A stretch of 51,224 bases of DNA from Mycobacterium phage prophiGD17-1, in sequence record MW584165.1; one strand, given 5' to 3'. Of this stretch, positions 1-8,314 are shown piece after piece (within the stretch, counting starts at the first letter, position 1; each line of letters starts with the position of its first letter). Position numbers and translations under genes: made by a program. The notes under the pieces are model-generated. The model was not told where the DNA came from. It searched no databases and saw only the letters and a program-made list of their open reading frames with translations.

Positions 1-39
1 TTGGTGGAGCTAAGGGGAATCGAACCCCTGACCTTCTCG
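1..39 (-). other. attL core: partial copy of a tRNA 3' end (T-arm, acceptor 3' strand, CCA); direct repeat of 51186-51224
   Basis: The reverse complement of 1-39 reads ...GAGAAGGTCAGGGGTTCGATTCCCCTTAGCTCCACCA, a typical tRNA T-stem/loop (AGGGG-TTCGATT-CCCCT) plus acceptor and CCA. An identical 39-mer sits at the far end of the window. Identity is lost after position 39 (AT-rich non-tRNA sequence), so this copy is a truncated duplicate. Confidence 0.8.
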
Positions 40-59
40 TTACTGAAAATTAGGACTAT

Positions 60-200
60 CAGAGACAGTTAGCAACAGTCAAGGACAATCCAAAAATAGG
101 GATATACCAGCGGATACTCAGACTTTTGGACAGTCAAGGACAATCGAACACAATGGCGAACAGCCATCACGTCGTGCGAATTACCGTCCACTTAGTGTCC
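60..200. repeat. attL arm: direct repeats CAGTCAAGGACAATC (about 76-90 and 132-146) and paired GTCCAC (ACCGTCCACTTAGTGTCCACC about 181-200); candidate arm-type integrase binding sites
   Basis: Repeats seen directly. A similar TGTCCAT-ttat-TGTCCAC pair occurs next to attR at about 51100-51120. Confidence 0.5.
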
Positions 201-225
201 ACCTTCTTGGCGTTTCTCGAGGTGC

Positions 226-1548
226 CTAAAGTTCGCCGCCGATGGCCCTATGCACCGCATCGGCCGCAGCCGGATGGGCTCGCCCTCGTGCGAAATACAC
301 CCGCTGAGTCATCGCCGGATCGACGTGCCCAAGTACGTCGGCGGCAACCCTTGCTGATAGCCCTGCATCGTCAATGATGGTTGCTACAGCCTTGCGGAAG
401 CTGTGCGCGGTGATCTTCATGTGCAGGCCCAGCGCTGAACGTACGCGCCGCCACTGTGCGGCAACATTGTGCGGGTCACGCGGCGTCCAGCACTCGGACG
501 GAAACACCAAATCGGCGTACTCCGGCGCGATGGGCCCAGGGTAGAGAAGCTGGCGCTCCGCGAGCCGCTTTCGGCGTGCCTTCAACATCTCGACCGCGAA
601 CAGCGGCAACGCAATCTCGTTCTCGCTCGCCTTAGGGTCATCGTCAACATCGGCGAGCGCCAAACCGCCGCCCTTGATTCGTATCAGCTTCTTTGAGGGC
701 CGCAAAATGCCAGTTTCGAGGTCGATGTCCGGCCACCTGACGGCGAGTGATTGCGCTCTGCGGTGTGCAGTCGCGACAAGCATCACAACCCAATCGACAA
801 GGTCAACGCGTTCGGAAAACTCGGCGACCGTGGGCGGCGCGTATCGCTTCCGGTTTTTCTTCCGCTCGGCCAGCGACAGAATGGTTGGGCATGGCAGCTC
901 GGAGGTGCGGACGCTGACGAGGATGTGACACACCTCGTCCACCGTTAAATGCTTGGCGCCCCTTTGTTTTCCGCTCTTGCCCGGCGTCAGCTTCACCTCG
1001 CGCAACGGGTTGACGGTGATGGCACCGCCGCTCATCCGAATCGCATAGTTGTACATGCCGGAAAGCACGGTGCGCGATGACTTCGCCGAGTCCGGGCCGC
1101 GCGTCTCGGCGACCGTGGTCAAATACTTTTCCATGACCGGGGTGGGCGCCTCCAGAAGTCGGCGATACCCGAAGGCTGAATTGAAGCTCTTGGCTTCGGC
1201 GTCGTACCTGTCCAGCGTTCCCGACGCTCGCCCCTGACTGATCAAATACGGGCGGTAGTGGTCGAAATACAGTGACTTTATTGTTGTTTCGACTGACAGG
1301 TCAGCATCAAGGATTGACACTGACAGCTCGGAAGCGGCGACTAGCACCGCGTCGCGGGCGCGCGTGCCATCGCGGTCAGGGACAGTGCGCCCACGCGAGT
1401 CTGTCTTAGGTGGGCTGAACCGCATCACCTTTCGTGACTTTCCGCTGGCGTCGCGGACGCGGACAATGGCCCGCCATAAGCCGGGCTGCATCTCCTTCAG
1501 ATTGACCTTGCCTGGCACCCCAATGGGTCGTGGCGGTCTACCTCGCAT
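226..1548 (-). CDS. int: tyrosine integrase
   Basis: C-terminus has HSFRKAVAT...LGH...TQRVY, the catalytic H-x-x-R / H / Y motifs of tyrosine recombinases. Start chosen at the ATG at 1548 (MRGRPPRPIGV...) preceded by AGGAGA; the ORF is open back to 1617. Adjacent to attL. Confidence 0.85.
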   Translation of the reverse strand: MRGRPPRPIGVPGKVNLKEMQPGLWRAIVRVRDASGKSRKVMRFSPPKTDSRGRTVPDRDGTRARDAVLVAASELSVSILDADLSVETTIKSLYFDHYRPYLISQGRASGTLDRYDAEAKSFNSAFGYRRLLEAPTPVMEKYLTTVAETRGPDSAKSSRTVLSGMYNYAIRMSGGAITVNPLREVKLTPGKSGKQRGAKHLTVDEVCHILVSVRTSELPCPTILSLAERKKNRKRYAPPTVAEFSERVDLVDWVVMLVATAHRRAQSLAVRWPDIDLETGILRPSKKLIRIKGGGLALADVDDDPKASENEIALPLFAVEMLKARRKRLAERQLLYPGPIAPEYADLVFPSECWTPRDPHNVAAQWRRVRSALGLHMKITAHSFRKAVATIIDDAGLSARVAADVLGHVDPAMTQRVYFARGRAHPAAADAVHRAIGGEL

Positions 1549-1558
1549 GTCGGGTCTC

Positions 1559-2014
1559 CTACCGCTGAAACAATGACAAGTGCTCGATGACAAAGCCGAT
1601 CGCCGAAATGGTTGCACCGCCCATGGTCATGGCAATGTCGCGCACTTCGAAACGCCTATTGAGGTCATCTCGTCCGGCTTGGTGGGACTCAATGGCGTCA
1701 TCAATCGTTGGGCGGATGCCCGCCTTCAAGTCCTCTAGTGCATCCTCAACATTCTCAAGTCGTTTCGCAGGGTCATTTGAGGTGACCTTCACGCGCGGCG
1801 TGCCTCCAATGAGTTCCGGCCTGGCGGGCAGCGGACTTACCGTCTTGTCACCACAGCGGCTGGCAAGGATCGTGCGCAGCCATGCCAGAAGCTGATCAAA
1901 CACCTTGCGGCACTTATCAAGTATCCCTAAAGCTCGATTCAGGGCATCGAGCGAACCCGCGAGGGTGATCGCTATGCCAAGTATTTGAAGCCAGAAACCC
2001 GAAGCCGCCGCCAT
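1559..2014 (-). CDS. hypothetical membrane protein in the lysogeny operon (candidate prophage-expressed exclusion or defence protein)
   Basis: 151 aa with an N-terminal hydrophobic helix (FWLQILGIAITLAGSL) and a C-terminal hydrophobic segment. TAAATG junction with the upstream DUF3263 gene. Confidence 0.5.
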   Translation of the reverse strand: MAAASGFWLQILGIAITLAGSLDALNRALGILDKCRKVFDQLLAWLRTILASRCGDKTVSPLPARPELIGGTPRVKVTSNDPAKRLENVEDALEDLKAGIRPTIDDAIESHQAGRDDLNRRFEVRDIAMTMGGATISAIGFVIEHLSLFQR

Positions 2015-2212
2015 TTACATCCCCCTTATCCGCCGCAGCCGGTTGACGGTCTGTGCGTCGATGGCCAGCGCCTCTGGTGTCTCGATGATGGCGTTCAACT
2101 TCTGGTAGTAGCGGACCGGCGATAGGCCGAAACGCTCGCGTATTGCTTCGTCCTTGGCGCCGGATGCAGGCCACCAAATACGCTCCATAGCAAGGGCTTC
2201 AACAGTGTTCAT
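2015..2212 (-). CDS. DUF3263-family small protein
   Basis: 65 aa ...ERIWWPASGAKDEAIRERFGLSPVRYYQKLNAIIETPEALAIDAQTVNRLRRIR matches the conserved actinobacterial DUF3263 pattern (WW..AG.KE.AIRE.FG.S..RYYQ.LNALID.PEAL..DP..V.RLRR). ATGA overlap with the upstream ImmA gene. Confidence 0.55.
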   Translation of the reverse strand: MNTVEALAMERIWWPASGAKDEAIRERFGLSPVRYYQKLNAIIETPEALAIDAQTVNRLRRIRGM

Positions 2213-2757
2213 GGGCGTTGCGGGTCTTCAACACGGTCAGCGAGCCAGTCGCGCTCAGTAGGGGTTAGGGTCTGGCGTCGCACCCGCACGGTGTGAACGT
2301 CGGTCCAAAGCTCTTCGGCCAGTTCGTAATCATCGTTGGTCCATTGCAGCCCACGCAGCAGAGCGGGTAGCGGGATGAGTCGGCGTGCCGCCAGCACATC
2401 CACGTAGTGCTCTTCGCGGGCGCGGTGGATGACGGGCGCGATGCCTCGGTCAACGTGGATCAACTCATGCGTCAAGGTCGAGCGGCGCTCAGCCTGTGTG
2501 AGGCTCTTGCACAGCCAGATGGTGTTGCCCTTGATCAGTCCGGCCACTCCCCGGGGCAGGACGTGATCGCAGGAAACAGCGATGTGTGGATAGTGCTCGG
2601 CGAGCGTTCGCCATGGATGCCAATGGTTCGTGATCATGGTGCGAGACGCTAGAACAGGCCACCGACAAATACGGCGCTGACCAGGAACTACAGCGCTGTC
2701 ATTCCGAGAACGGGCAGCTCGGAGGGGCCGCTTACTCGTCGTCGTCGCGTTCGCCAT
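2209..2757 (-). CDS. ImmA/IrrE-family zinc metallopeptidase (HEXXH)
   Basis: HELIH motif (THELIHVDRG) downstream of an HTH regulator in the same orientation, a classic ImmR-ImmA layout. Start uncertain: ATG 2757 chosen; the ORF is open to TTG 2802, and ATG 2637 is an alternative. Confidence 0.6.
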   Translation of the reverse strand: MANATTTSKRPLRAARSRNDSAVVPGQRRICRWPVLASRTMITNHWHPWRTLAEHYPHIAVSCDHVLPRGVAGLIKGNTIWLCKSLTQAERRSTLTHELIHVDRGIAPVIHRAREEHYVDVLAARRLIPLPALLRGLQWTNDDYELAEELWTDVHTVRVRRQTLTPTERDWLADRVEDPQRP

Positions 2758-3499
2758 CGGACTGCTTTTCACGCCGCGACGCCGCCACGTCAAGGTCGTC
2801 AATGTCTGGCGGCGGTGGCACCGGCCTACGACGGTCGGCGAGGGAGGTGACTCCAGGCGGCGGTGATTCGTCGGCTTGCCGAGTTTCGCCCGATCTGATG
2901 GGCGGCTTGGCGACCTCAGCGAGCAAGGGGGCGAAGAGCTTTACAACCTCGTCGGCATTGTCGGCATAAGAGGTGGCGATCATCTTGACGATTTCGTCAT
3001 TAAGGAATGACCGTAGTTCCATGTTCCCGGCCATTGCGTTGGCTTTCACGGCCTCCACCTCATCCTCCGACGGGAAGTTGGCGTTGCCGCGCGGCCTTAG
3101 TCGTTCGACCATTTCATTGATGGCGAGGGTGTTGCCTTCCATCACTCTGATGTGCCGGATGATGTCCGAAAATGATTCGGCGACAGCCTCAATTGGTACG
3201 CCCGCCTTGAGGCTGGGGTGCGTGCGGTTCGGTCTCTGATCGGCCGGGGCGGTCTCCAAAAGGATTGGCTCGCCCCCCGCGAGGGTGATGTCAATTGAGC
3301 CGGGCTCCCAGAGCAGTACATCTTCGATCGCCGCCTTCGTGCTCCCTGAGAAGTTTGTGCGGCGCCCGCCCTCCAGGTCGCTGACGAGGCGGGGGGTCAC
3401 GTGTGCTCGATCGGCCAGCGCTTTCGCGGTGTGTATGCGGAGTTGAGCCCGACGAAGCCGGACACGATGCCCTAGCCGCTCGGCGTTGGTCTCACTCAC
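2732..3499 (-). CDS. XRE-family HTH transcriptional repressor (ImmR / CI-like) with a long C-terminal domain
   Basis: N-terminal HTH (LRRAQLRIHTAKALADRAHVTPRLVSDLEGG). GTG start at 3499 preceded by GAGGGGA. Divergent from the cro-like gene; acidic C-terminal tail. Confidence 0.75.
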   Translation of the reverse strand: MSETNAERLGHRVRLRRAQLRIHTAKALADRAHVTPRLVSDLEGGRRTNFSGSTKAAIEDVLLWEPGSIDITLAGGEPILLETAPADQRPNRTHPSLKAGVPIEAVAESFSDIIRHIRVMEGNTLAINEMVERLRPRGNANFPSEDEVEAVKANAMAGNMELRSFLNDEIVKMIATSYADNADEVVKLFAPLLAEVAKPPIRSGETRQADESPPPGVTSLADRRRPVPPPPDIDDLDVAASRREKQSDGERDDDE

Positions 3500-3640
3500 G
3501 GGGTTCCCCTCAGTATCAAATGAAAAGCTCAGGAAAGGTTTCAGCTAGCAATCATTGTAGCTACCTGCGCAAATCCATGCTATAGAATTTTTTCTGGTTC
3601 CAGGCTTGTTGTTTCCGGTTCGTTTCTATATCGTGGTCGC
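3500..3640. promoter_or_regulatory. divergent immunity switch region (repressor and cro promoters with candidate operators)
   Basis: AT-rich 140 bp in a 64% GC genome. Imperfect palindrome AGCTAGCAATCATTGTAGCTA (about 3545-3565); direct repeats GGTTCC / GTTTCCGGTTCGTTTC (about 3597-3625); TATATC -10-like element 9 nt before ATG 3641, suggesting a leaderless cro mRNA. Confidence 0.55.
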
Positions 3641-3877
3641 ATGGTGATCGAAGACCCAGCCCGCATGGGCGCCACGATTCAAGCGCTCCGCGAGGCCTAT
3701 GGCTGGCGGTCCGTCAACCTCGCGCGGGAGCTGGGTATCAGCCACCCGTACTTGTCGAACATCGAGGCCGGTCGCCGACGCTGCACCCCCGATTTGGCGC
3801 GCAAGATTGCCACCGTGCTCGGTGTCCCGCTGGCCGCAATCACCACCGACTACAGCGTCACGGAGATTGGCGCATGA
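3641..3877 (+). CDS. Cro-like XRE-family HTH regulator
   Basis: 78 aa with HTH (WRSVNLARELGISHPYLSNIEAGRR). Divergent from the repressor; probably leaderless. Confidence 0.7.
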   Translation: MVIEDPARMGATIQALREAYGWRSVNLARELGISHPYLSNIEAGRRRCTPDLARKIATVLGVPLAAITTDYSVTEIGA

Positions 3878-4230
3878 CCGCGACTCTTCAGGAACTCGCC
3901 GCCCAGGCGGGCATGACCGCCGATAGCTCGCCGGTCGAAATGGCGCGCATTGCAACAACTATCGCCGATACCGGCCTCACTCCCCTCTCGGCCCATGAAA
4001 CGCTCCGCGCCTTGCTCCGCATTCAGCGAGAGGCGAAAGCGCCGGTGTTCGTCACGACCAGTGTTGGCGCTGAAATCCTGGGCATTCATCCCGAAACGCT
4101 CCGCTACTGGAACCGTCGCGGACTCTATGACCTTCCGGCGCCTACTCGCGCCGGTAGTCAGCTTCGGTGGGACGCCACCGAGCTACGCGCATGGGCCGAG
4201 CGCCGGAAGCAGCGCCCGACCGCTTCATAA
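3874..4230 (+). CDS. excisionase-family / MerR-like HTH DNA-binding protein (candidate Xis)
   Basis: ATGA overlap with cro. C-terminal FVTTSVGAEILGIHPETLRYWNRRGLYDLPAP...WDATELRAWAE resembles the Xis/HTH_17 fold. Confidence 0.55.
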   Translation: MTATLQELAAQAGMTADSSPVEMARIATTIADTGLTPLSAHETLRALLRIQREAKAPVFVTTSVGAEILGIHPETLRYWNRRGLYDLPAPTRAGSQLRWDATELRAWAERRKQRPTAS

Positions 4231-4260
4231 TCCCAACTCTCACAACTGAATAACCCCCAA

Positions 4261-4301
4261 CGCTGACGGCGGTCTACTCGCCAAAGTCCCCGCCGTCAGC
4301 G
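4261..4301 (+). terminator. GC-rich hairpin: perfect 12-bp inverted repeat CGCTGACGGCGG...CCGCCGTCAGCG with a 17-nt loop
   Basis: Seen directly. Lies between the xis-like gene and the next gene's RBS (AGGAGG). It has the form of an intrinsic terminator or attenuator; no U-tract, as is common in mycobacteria. Confidence 0.5.
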
Positions 4302-4340
4302 CCATCGAGAACCGAAATCAGCCCTTAGGAGGCATTCGGC

Positions 4341-4628
4341 ATGTCTGACGCTACCCAATTGGCCCCGGCACAGGCCAACACTCCCCCGTTCCTGGTCGAG
4401 CACATCGCCAACGGCTTCGCCACCGACACCCTCGTCAACGACGAACTTGTGGTTGTGTCCTGGCCGAGCGCCAACCCCCGATACGGCGACCAGATCTGCG
4501 TCGCCCCATGGATGGATGACGGCGACACCTGGTGCGGCTTTCTGGTCGCCGACGAGCATGCCGCCCGCAAGGCACGTACCGCTATCGCCCGCACGTACAT
4601 CGCCGGACTCAAGGCCGGTGCGCGATGA
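4341..4628 (+). CDS. hypothetical protein
   Basis: Strong RBS (TTAGGAGGCATTCGGC ATG). First gene of a translationally coupled chain. Confidence 0.55.
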   Translation: MSDATQLAPAQANTPPFLVEHIANGFATDTLVNDELVVVSWPSANPRYGDQICVAPWMDDGDTWCGFLVADEHAARKARTAIARTYIAGLKAGAR

Positions 4629-4882
4629 CCGCCCCGGCGCCATGGTGGACCGCCACGGATGGCGATGGCTTCGTGCCGCCCCGTACCACCAACAACGATC
4701 GGGTGACCGAGGTCGTGCACGTCAGCGAGGGCATGCATTGCGTCCGGCTCACCGACATTGCCCGTACCGACCTCGGAGTCGGGTGGGATTGCATTGACGC
4801 CCGGAACGGCACAGACGCCCGGCGCATTTCGGAGCTGGTCGCCCGCCTAGTCGCCGCACTACGCGAGTTGGGTGACGCATGA
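4625..4882 (+). CDS. hypothetical protein
   Basis: ATGA start/stop overlap with the upstream gene. The ORF-table start at 4532 is rejected in favour of the coupled ATG at 4625. Confidence 0.5.
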   Translation: MTAPAPWWTATDGDGFVPPRTTNNDRVTEVVHVSEGMHCVRLTDIARTDLGVGWDCIDARNGTDARRISELVARLVAALRELGDA

Positions 4883-5325
4883 CCGTCCGGCGCGGTACCA
4901 CGAACCGCAATGATCGTGGCTCGGCCGAAGATCGGCGGCGCCGCAGGCAATGGCTGCTCGACACGTTCGGCGATGGCACCACATGCCGGTGCTCGACATG
5001 CCCGACCGTCTTGGACTTCGACAGCATCACCGTTGACCGGCATCCGGTCGCGGGCGTTGACGGTGGCACGTACCGGCGCGGCAACATCCGGCCACAGTGC
5101 GCGCCATGTGCGAGTCGCCAGGGCGGTAAGATGTCGGCGCAGCGCCGCCCGCTCAAGGTCGGCCATCTGGTGCGTTTCCGCAAGGGCGGCAAGGTGTACC
5201 GCATCCACTCTGTTTGGAGCCAGGCTAGCTGCGTCATCCTCGACAGGGCCGATCACCCTGACGGCACCAGACGGGTGCCCCGTGGCTGGCACCCCGTCGA
5301 CAGGTTGATTCGGGTGCCCGCATGA
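4879..5325 (+). CDS. HNH-like endonuclease (putative)
   Basis: ATGA overlap. CRCSTC...DRHP...GNIRPQCAPC is consistent with a Cys4 zinc-ribbon HNH fold. Confidence 0.5.
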   Translation: MTVRRGTTNRNDRGSAEDRRRRRQWLLDTFGDGTTCRCSTCPTVLDFDSITVDRHPVAGVDGGTYRRGNIRPQCAPCASRQGGKMSAQRRPLKVGHLVRFRKGGKVYRIHSVWSQASCVILDRADHPDGTRRVPRGWHPVDRLIRVPA

Positions 5326-5519
5326 GCGCCCTTATCTCCTACGGCGCCAGCGCGTTCGTGGAACTCAGCACCAAGATCGAGGGCGATCACATCCTGGTGT
5401 CCGCCGACAACTGCTCACTGGACATTCGACTGAATATCGATGAGGCCGAAGAGCATGCGGCGGAACTGAATCAGGCCATCGCAGACCTGAGAGCCAACCA
5501 GAAGGCGGCGCGCTCGTGA
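5322..5519 (+). CDS. hypothetical protein
   Basis: ATGA overlap with the upstream gene. Confidence 0.5.
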   Translation: MSALISYGASAFVELSTKIEGDHILVSADNCSLDIRLNIDEAEEHAAELNQAIADLRANQKAARS

Positions 5520-5656
5520 TCAGCGGTCGCACGGACGGCGGGAAACGCATCGACACCGCCAACACAGTCTCGGCGGCGCAATGGGCTTGGCAACAAGTCC
5601 AATCCGGCGCCGTCGTCGTCATCACCAACACCAAGGAAAGGCACGAAAACCAATGA
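5516..5656 (+). CDS. small hypothetical protein (46 aa)
   Basis: GTGA overlap upstream and ATGA overlap downstream. Not in the ORF table because it is under 60 aa. Confidence 0.35.
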   Translation: MISGRTDGGKRIDTANTVSAAQWAWQQVQSGAVVVITNTKERHENQ

Positions 5657-5952
5657 GCACTCAATACACACAGTCCCGCGAAGACGGCGCGCAGGTCTTC
5701 AAGGTCAACGACAAGATCATCGCCACAGTCGACGGCCGACGCGTTGAACCGGAAACACCCGGCCCGTACTTCGATGCGGAAAACCGCGCCGAAGCCCTGG
5801 ACGGCGCGCGAGCCGTCGCAGAGGCGTACGCGGCCGGATACGACGCGGGCCTGGCCGAGGGCGCGCCCGTCAGCGCACAGCGGGCCCGTGCCATCGCCGA
5901 CGAGCAGATCGCCAAGGCACTGGAAAGCCTCACCGTGGAGGTGAAGCGATGA
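5653..5952 (+). CDS. hypothetical protein
   Basis: AAGGAAAGG RBS before ATG 5653 (MSTQYTQS...). The table's upstream start at 5581 is rejected. Confidence 0.5.
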   Translation: MSTQYTQSREDGAQVFKVNDKIIATVDGRRVEPETPGPYFDAENRAEALDGARAVAEAYAAGYDAGLAEGAPVSAQRARAIADEQIAKALESLTVEVKR

Positions 5953-6239
5953 GCACAAACGTCATTCGCGCCATCGGCGAACTCACGCCGCCGCCACCCG
6001 AGCCGATCGCGGTGCAGATCGTAGAGGTGCACGCTCGCCGGATCGGGCTGCGTGCCGGGGACCAAACCATCGGCGTTGCCTACGTATTCAGCGGCGGCCC
6101 GCCATGGGTGGTCGACCCCAATATTCCCGGCGTTCCCACCCTCCCGGCCTTCCTCGTCACCAACAAGTCCGAAGCCATCGACGCCCTGACGCAGGTCGGG
6201 CACATCTACGTGGCTGCCAAGACAGGGGAACTCAAGTGA
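5949..6239 (+). CDS. hypothetical protein, paralog A of a tandem pair
   Basis: ATGA overlap. Shares NVIRAIGEL...EAIDALTQVGHIYV with the next gene. Confidence 0.55.
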   Translation: MSTNVIRAIGELTPPPPEPIAVQIVEVHARRIGLRAGDQTIGVAYVFSGGPPWVVDPNIPGVPTLPAFLVTNKSEAIDALTQVGHIYVAAKTGELK

Positions 6240-6511
6240 GTATCAACGTCATTTACACAGTCGGTGAGCTTCCCGCCACCGTCAACTATGTGCAGGTGGT
6301 CAGCTTGGGTGCTGACCGGCTGGAGCTTCGCGCCGCTGGTCAAATGATCGCCGAGGCATACAGATGCGGCGATGACTGGGCGATTGACATCAAGACGCCA
6401 ACAGCTCGGAACCTGCCCCGTTTCATTCTGGACGACCGTCGCGAAGCAATCGACGCTCTACACCAAATCGGCGCGCTGTACCTCGACCTACGGATGGCGG
6501 TGCAGTCATGA
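6236..6511 (+). CDS. hypothetical protein, paralog B of a tandem pair
   Basis: GTGA overlap. NVIYTVGEL...EAIDALHQIGALYL. Confidence 0.5.
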   Translation: MSINVIYTVGELPATVNYVQVVSLGADRLELRAAGQMIAEAYRCGDDWAIDIKTPTARNLPRFILDDRREAIDALHQIGALYLDLRMAVQS

Positions 6512-6909
6512 GCTACAGCGGTGCCGTGTCCCCGCTCAAGGTCTTGCCGCGCGAATCGGTTGAGCGCGACGAGCTTCCGACGTTCGAATTCACGGGCTCC
6601 GAAGTGGTCGCCGAGATTCGCAGGCTTGCGCAGCGGTTCCCCGACCAGACAGCCGAATGTAAGTACGTCGGCAAGGATGATCGCCCGCACTGCATTGGTG
6701 GGCGCGCGCTCGCCAATCTCGGAGTGCCGCTGGGGATTCTAATCCAGGCCGAGGGCACCGCCCTCGATACGGCGATGTCTCGCCTGCGCATCACGGCAAC
6801 CCATAAGCAGCGCGGTTGGTGCCGGGCGGTGCAGGCGTACCAGGACGAAGGAAAACCGTGGGCCGCAGCGGTCCAGATGGCCAACGCGATGGTAGGTGCG
6901 CTGTCATGA
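6508..6909 (+). CDS. hypothetical protein
   Basis: ATGA overlap; 133-aa ORF. Confidence 0.55.
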   Translation: MSYSGAVSPLKVLPRESVERDELPTFEFTGSEVVAEIRRLAQRFPDQTAECKYVGKDDRPHCIGGRALANLGVPLGILIQAEGTALDTAMSRLRITATHKQRGWCRAVQAYQDEGKPWAAAVQMANAMVGALS

Positions 6910-7091
6910 ACACCGCCACTGTCTGCGGCGGGTGCGGCCGGGTTGTCATGCGCCCCATGGGCGGCGAGGTCTGCCAAAAATGCCGGCAAGGGCAGATGCC
7001 GACGCCCTCTGACGCCTGGGCTCACGCGCTGATGATCATCGTGACCCTGTTCATCGTCGGCATCGTCGCGGTTGAAGCGGGGTGGCTATGA
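6906..7091 (+). CDS. small zinc-ribbon membrane protein
   Basis: ATGA overlap. CGGCGRV...CQKCRQG followed by a C-terminal TM helix (MIIVTLFIVGIVAV). Confidence 0.45.
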   Translation: MNTATVCGGCGRVVMRPMGGEVCQKCRQGQMPTPSDAWAHALMIIVTLFIVGIVAVEAGWL

Positions 7092-7327
7092 GCTACCTGA
7101 TTGACCAGAACGGTGACACCTTCGATGTACGTGTCGTTGGGCTGGAGGACCCATTGGCGACGGCCTACCCCGAGATGTACGGCGGCGAGCCGACCCCGCA
7201 ATGGGTTGTTGACGTGACGGGCATTGCCGAGGACCTGGAGCCAATCAAGGTGGTCGACTTCGAACAGGCCTACCGCACATTGCAGGTCATCGGCCGCGTC
7301 TACGAGGCAGGCGGCGGCGGGTCATGA
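7088..7327 (+). CDS. hypothetical protein
   Basis: ATGA overlap. Confidence 0.5.
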   Translation: MSYLIDQNGDTFDVRVVGLEDPLATAYPEMYGGEPTPQWVVDVTGIAEDLEPIKVVDFEQAYRTLQVIGRVYEAGGGGS

Positions 7328-7758
7328 GCGCCAGGTACGGCGTGCGGGAGGTCTTCAACGGGCGCTACCGCGTTGTGAAGCGCTTCGGCAATGGGGACTT
7401 CGCCGAGAAAGGCTCCTACCCCACCAAGGCAATGGCGCAGGGCCGGGCAGCGCAACTGGAGCAGCGCGCGGCCCGCCGAGACGCGGTGGCCGAGGCGAAG
7501 CGCCGCGCGAAAAACCACTGCGAGTGCAAGGGCGAATGCGGACATCTGCACTTCGCATCGCGCACCTGTCAGTGGGGCGAAGGCGAAGACATGGGCGGCA
7601 TCGGCAAGGTCGTCCTGGTCGCGGTGCCGCTCGACGGCGACGACACAAATCTGTCGCTGACCAACATCCGCATGCTGTGCCAGCTCTGCAAACAGCATCA
7701 CGACGCCGACCGAATCAACGGCGGCGCCGCACTTTTCGACATTAAGGAGCCGGAATGA
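7324..7758 (+). CDS. hypothetical protein (Cys/His-rich C-terminal region)
   Basis: ATGA overlap. HCECKGECGHLH...LCQLCKQHHDAD. Confidence 0.55.
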   Translation: MSARYGVREVFNGRYRVVKRFGNGDFAEKGSYPTKAMAQGRAAQLEQRAARRDAVAEAKRRAKNHCECKGECGHLHFASRTCQWGEGEDMGGIGKVVLVAVPLDGDDTNLSLTNIRMLCQLCKQHHDADRINGGAALFDIKEPE

Positions 7759-8084
7759 CTGAGTTAGAGCAGCTAGTAAAGATCCTCGAAGACAGCGGCG
7801 GCGACGCCATCGCGCCTGGCGATATTGACGGCTTCGTGCATGTCGCCTCCATTCGCCACCCGGATCGGCGCTGGTCGTACACCAGTGAAGAGATAATGCG
7901 CGCTCCCTCGGGGCGGCTTTACGCCTTCCTGAATGAGCACGGTCTGACCGAATGCCAGGACGACGGATACGGCCCGGCATTCCACGACTACACGGTCTAC
8001 GAGGTTGAAGCCGTCACCGAGTTCGTGGAGCGCACCCGCTACGTCAAGGTCGAGCAGGCCAGCGCCGCAGAGGTCGAGGCATGA
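7755..8084 (+). CDS. hypothetical protein
   Basis: AAGGAGC RBS; ATGA overlap. Confidence 0.55.
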   Translation: MTELEQLVKILEDSGGDAIAPGDIDGFVHVASIRHPDRRWSYTSEEIMRAPSGRLYAFLNEHGLTECQDDGYGPAFHDYTVYEVEAVTEFVERTRYVKVEQASAAEVEA

Positions 8085-8314
8085 GCGCCGTGGTGCGGGC
8101 CATCGTCAGCGTCAGCGGCATCCTGCCCACGCAGACCACCGAGGACATTGAAGTACCGCGCGCCAACGGATATCAGATCGACGTAGACGGTCGACTCATT
8201 CTCAAAACCTCGTCATTGGGCGGCGAAACGATTGCCGCATTCCAGAAATGGGACCACTTCATCATCACTCCCGACCGTGGTCCGAATGGGCGTTTCATCA
8301 AGAAAGGCAGCTGA
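8081..8314 (+). CDS. hypothetical protein
   Basis: ATGA overlap. Confidence 0.5.
   Translation: MSAVVRAIVSVSGILPTQTTEDIEVPRANGYQIDVDGRLILKTSSLGGETIAAFQKWDHFIITPDRGPNGRFIKKGS

Noticed and set aside
1-80. Possibility that the left-end repeat is itself a complete tRNA gene
   Set aside because: The reverse complement of 40-80 is AT-rich and lacks a 5' acceptor strand (GGAGCTA) or D-arm. Only the 3' 39 nt are tRNA-like, so this is the truncated att duplicate.
1549-1617. N-terminal 23-aa extension of the integrase ORF (table start 1617)
   Set aside because: The extension (MQPFRRSALSSSTCHCFSGRRPD) has no RBS. The ATG at 1548 has a good AGGAGA RBS and gives a typical integrase N-terminus. It would also overlap the end of the upstream gene.
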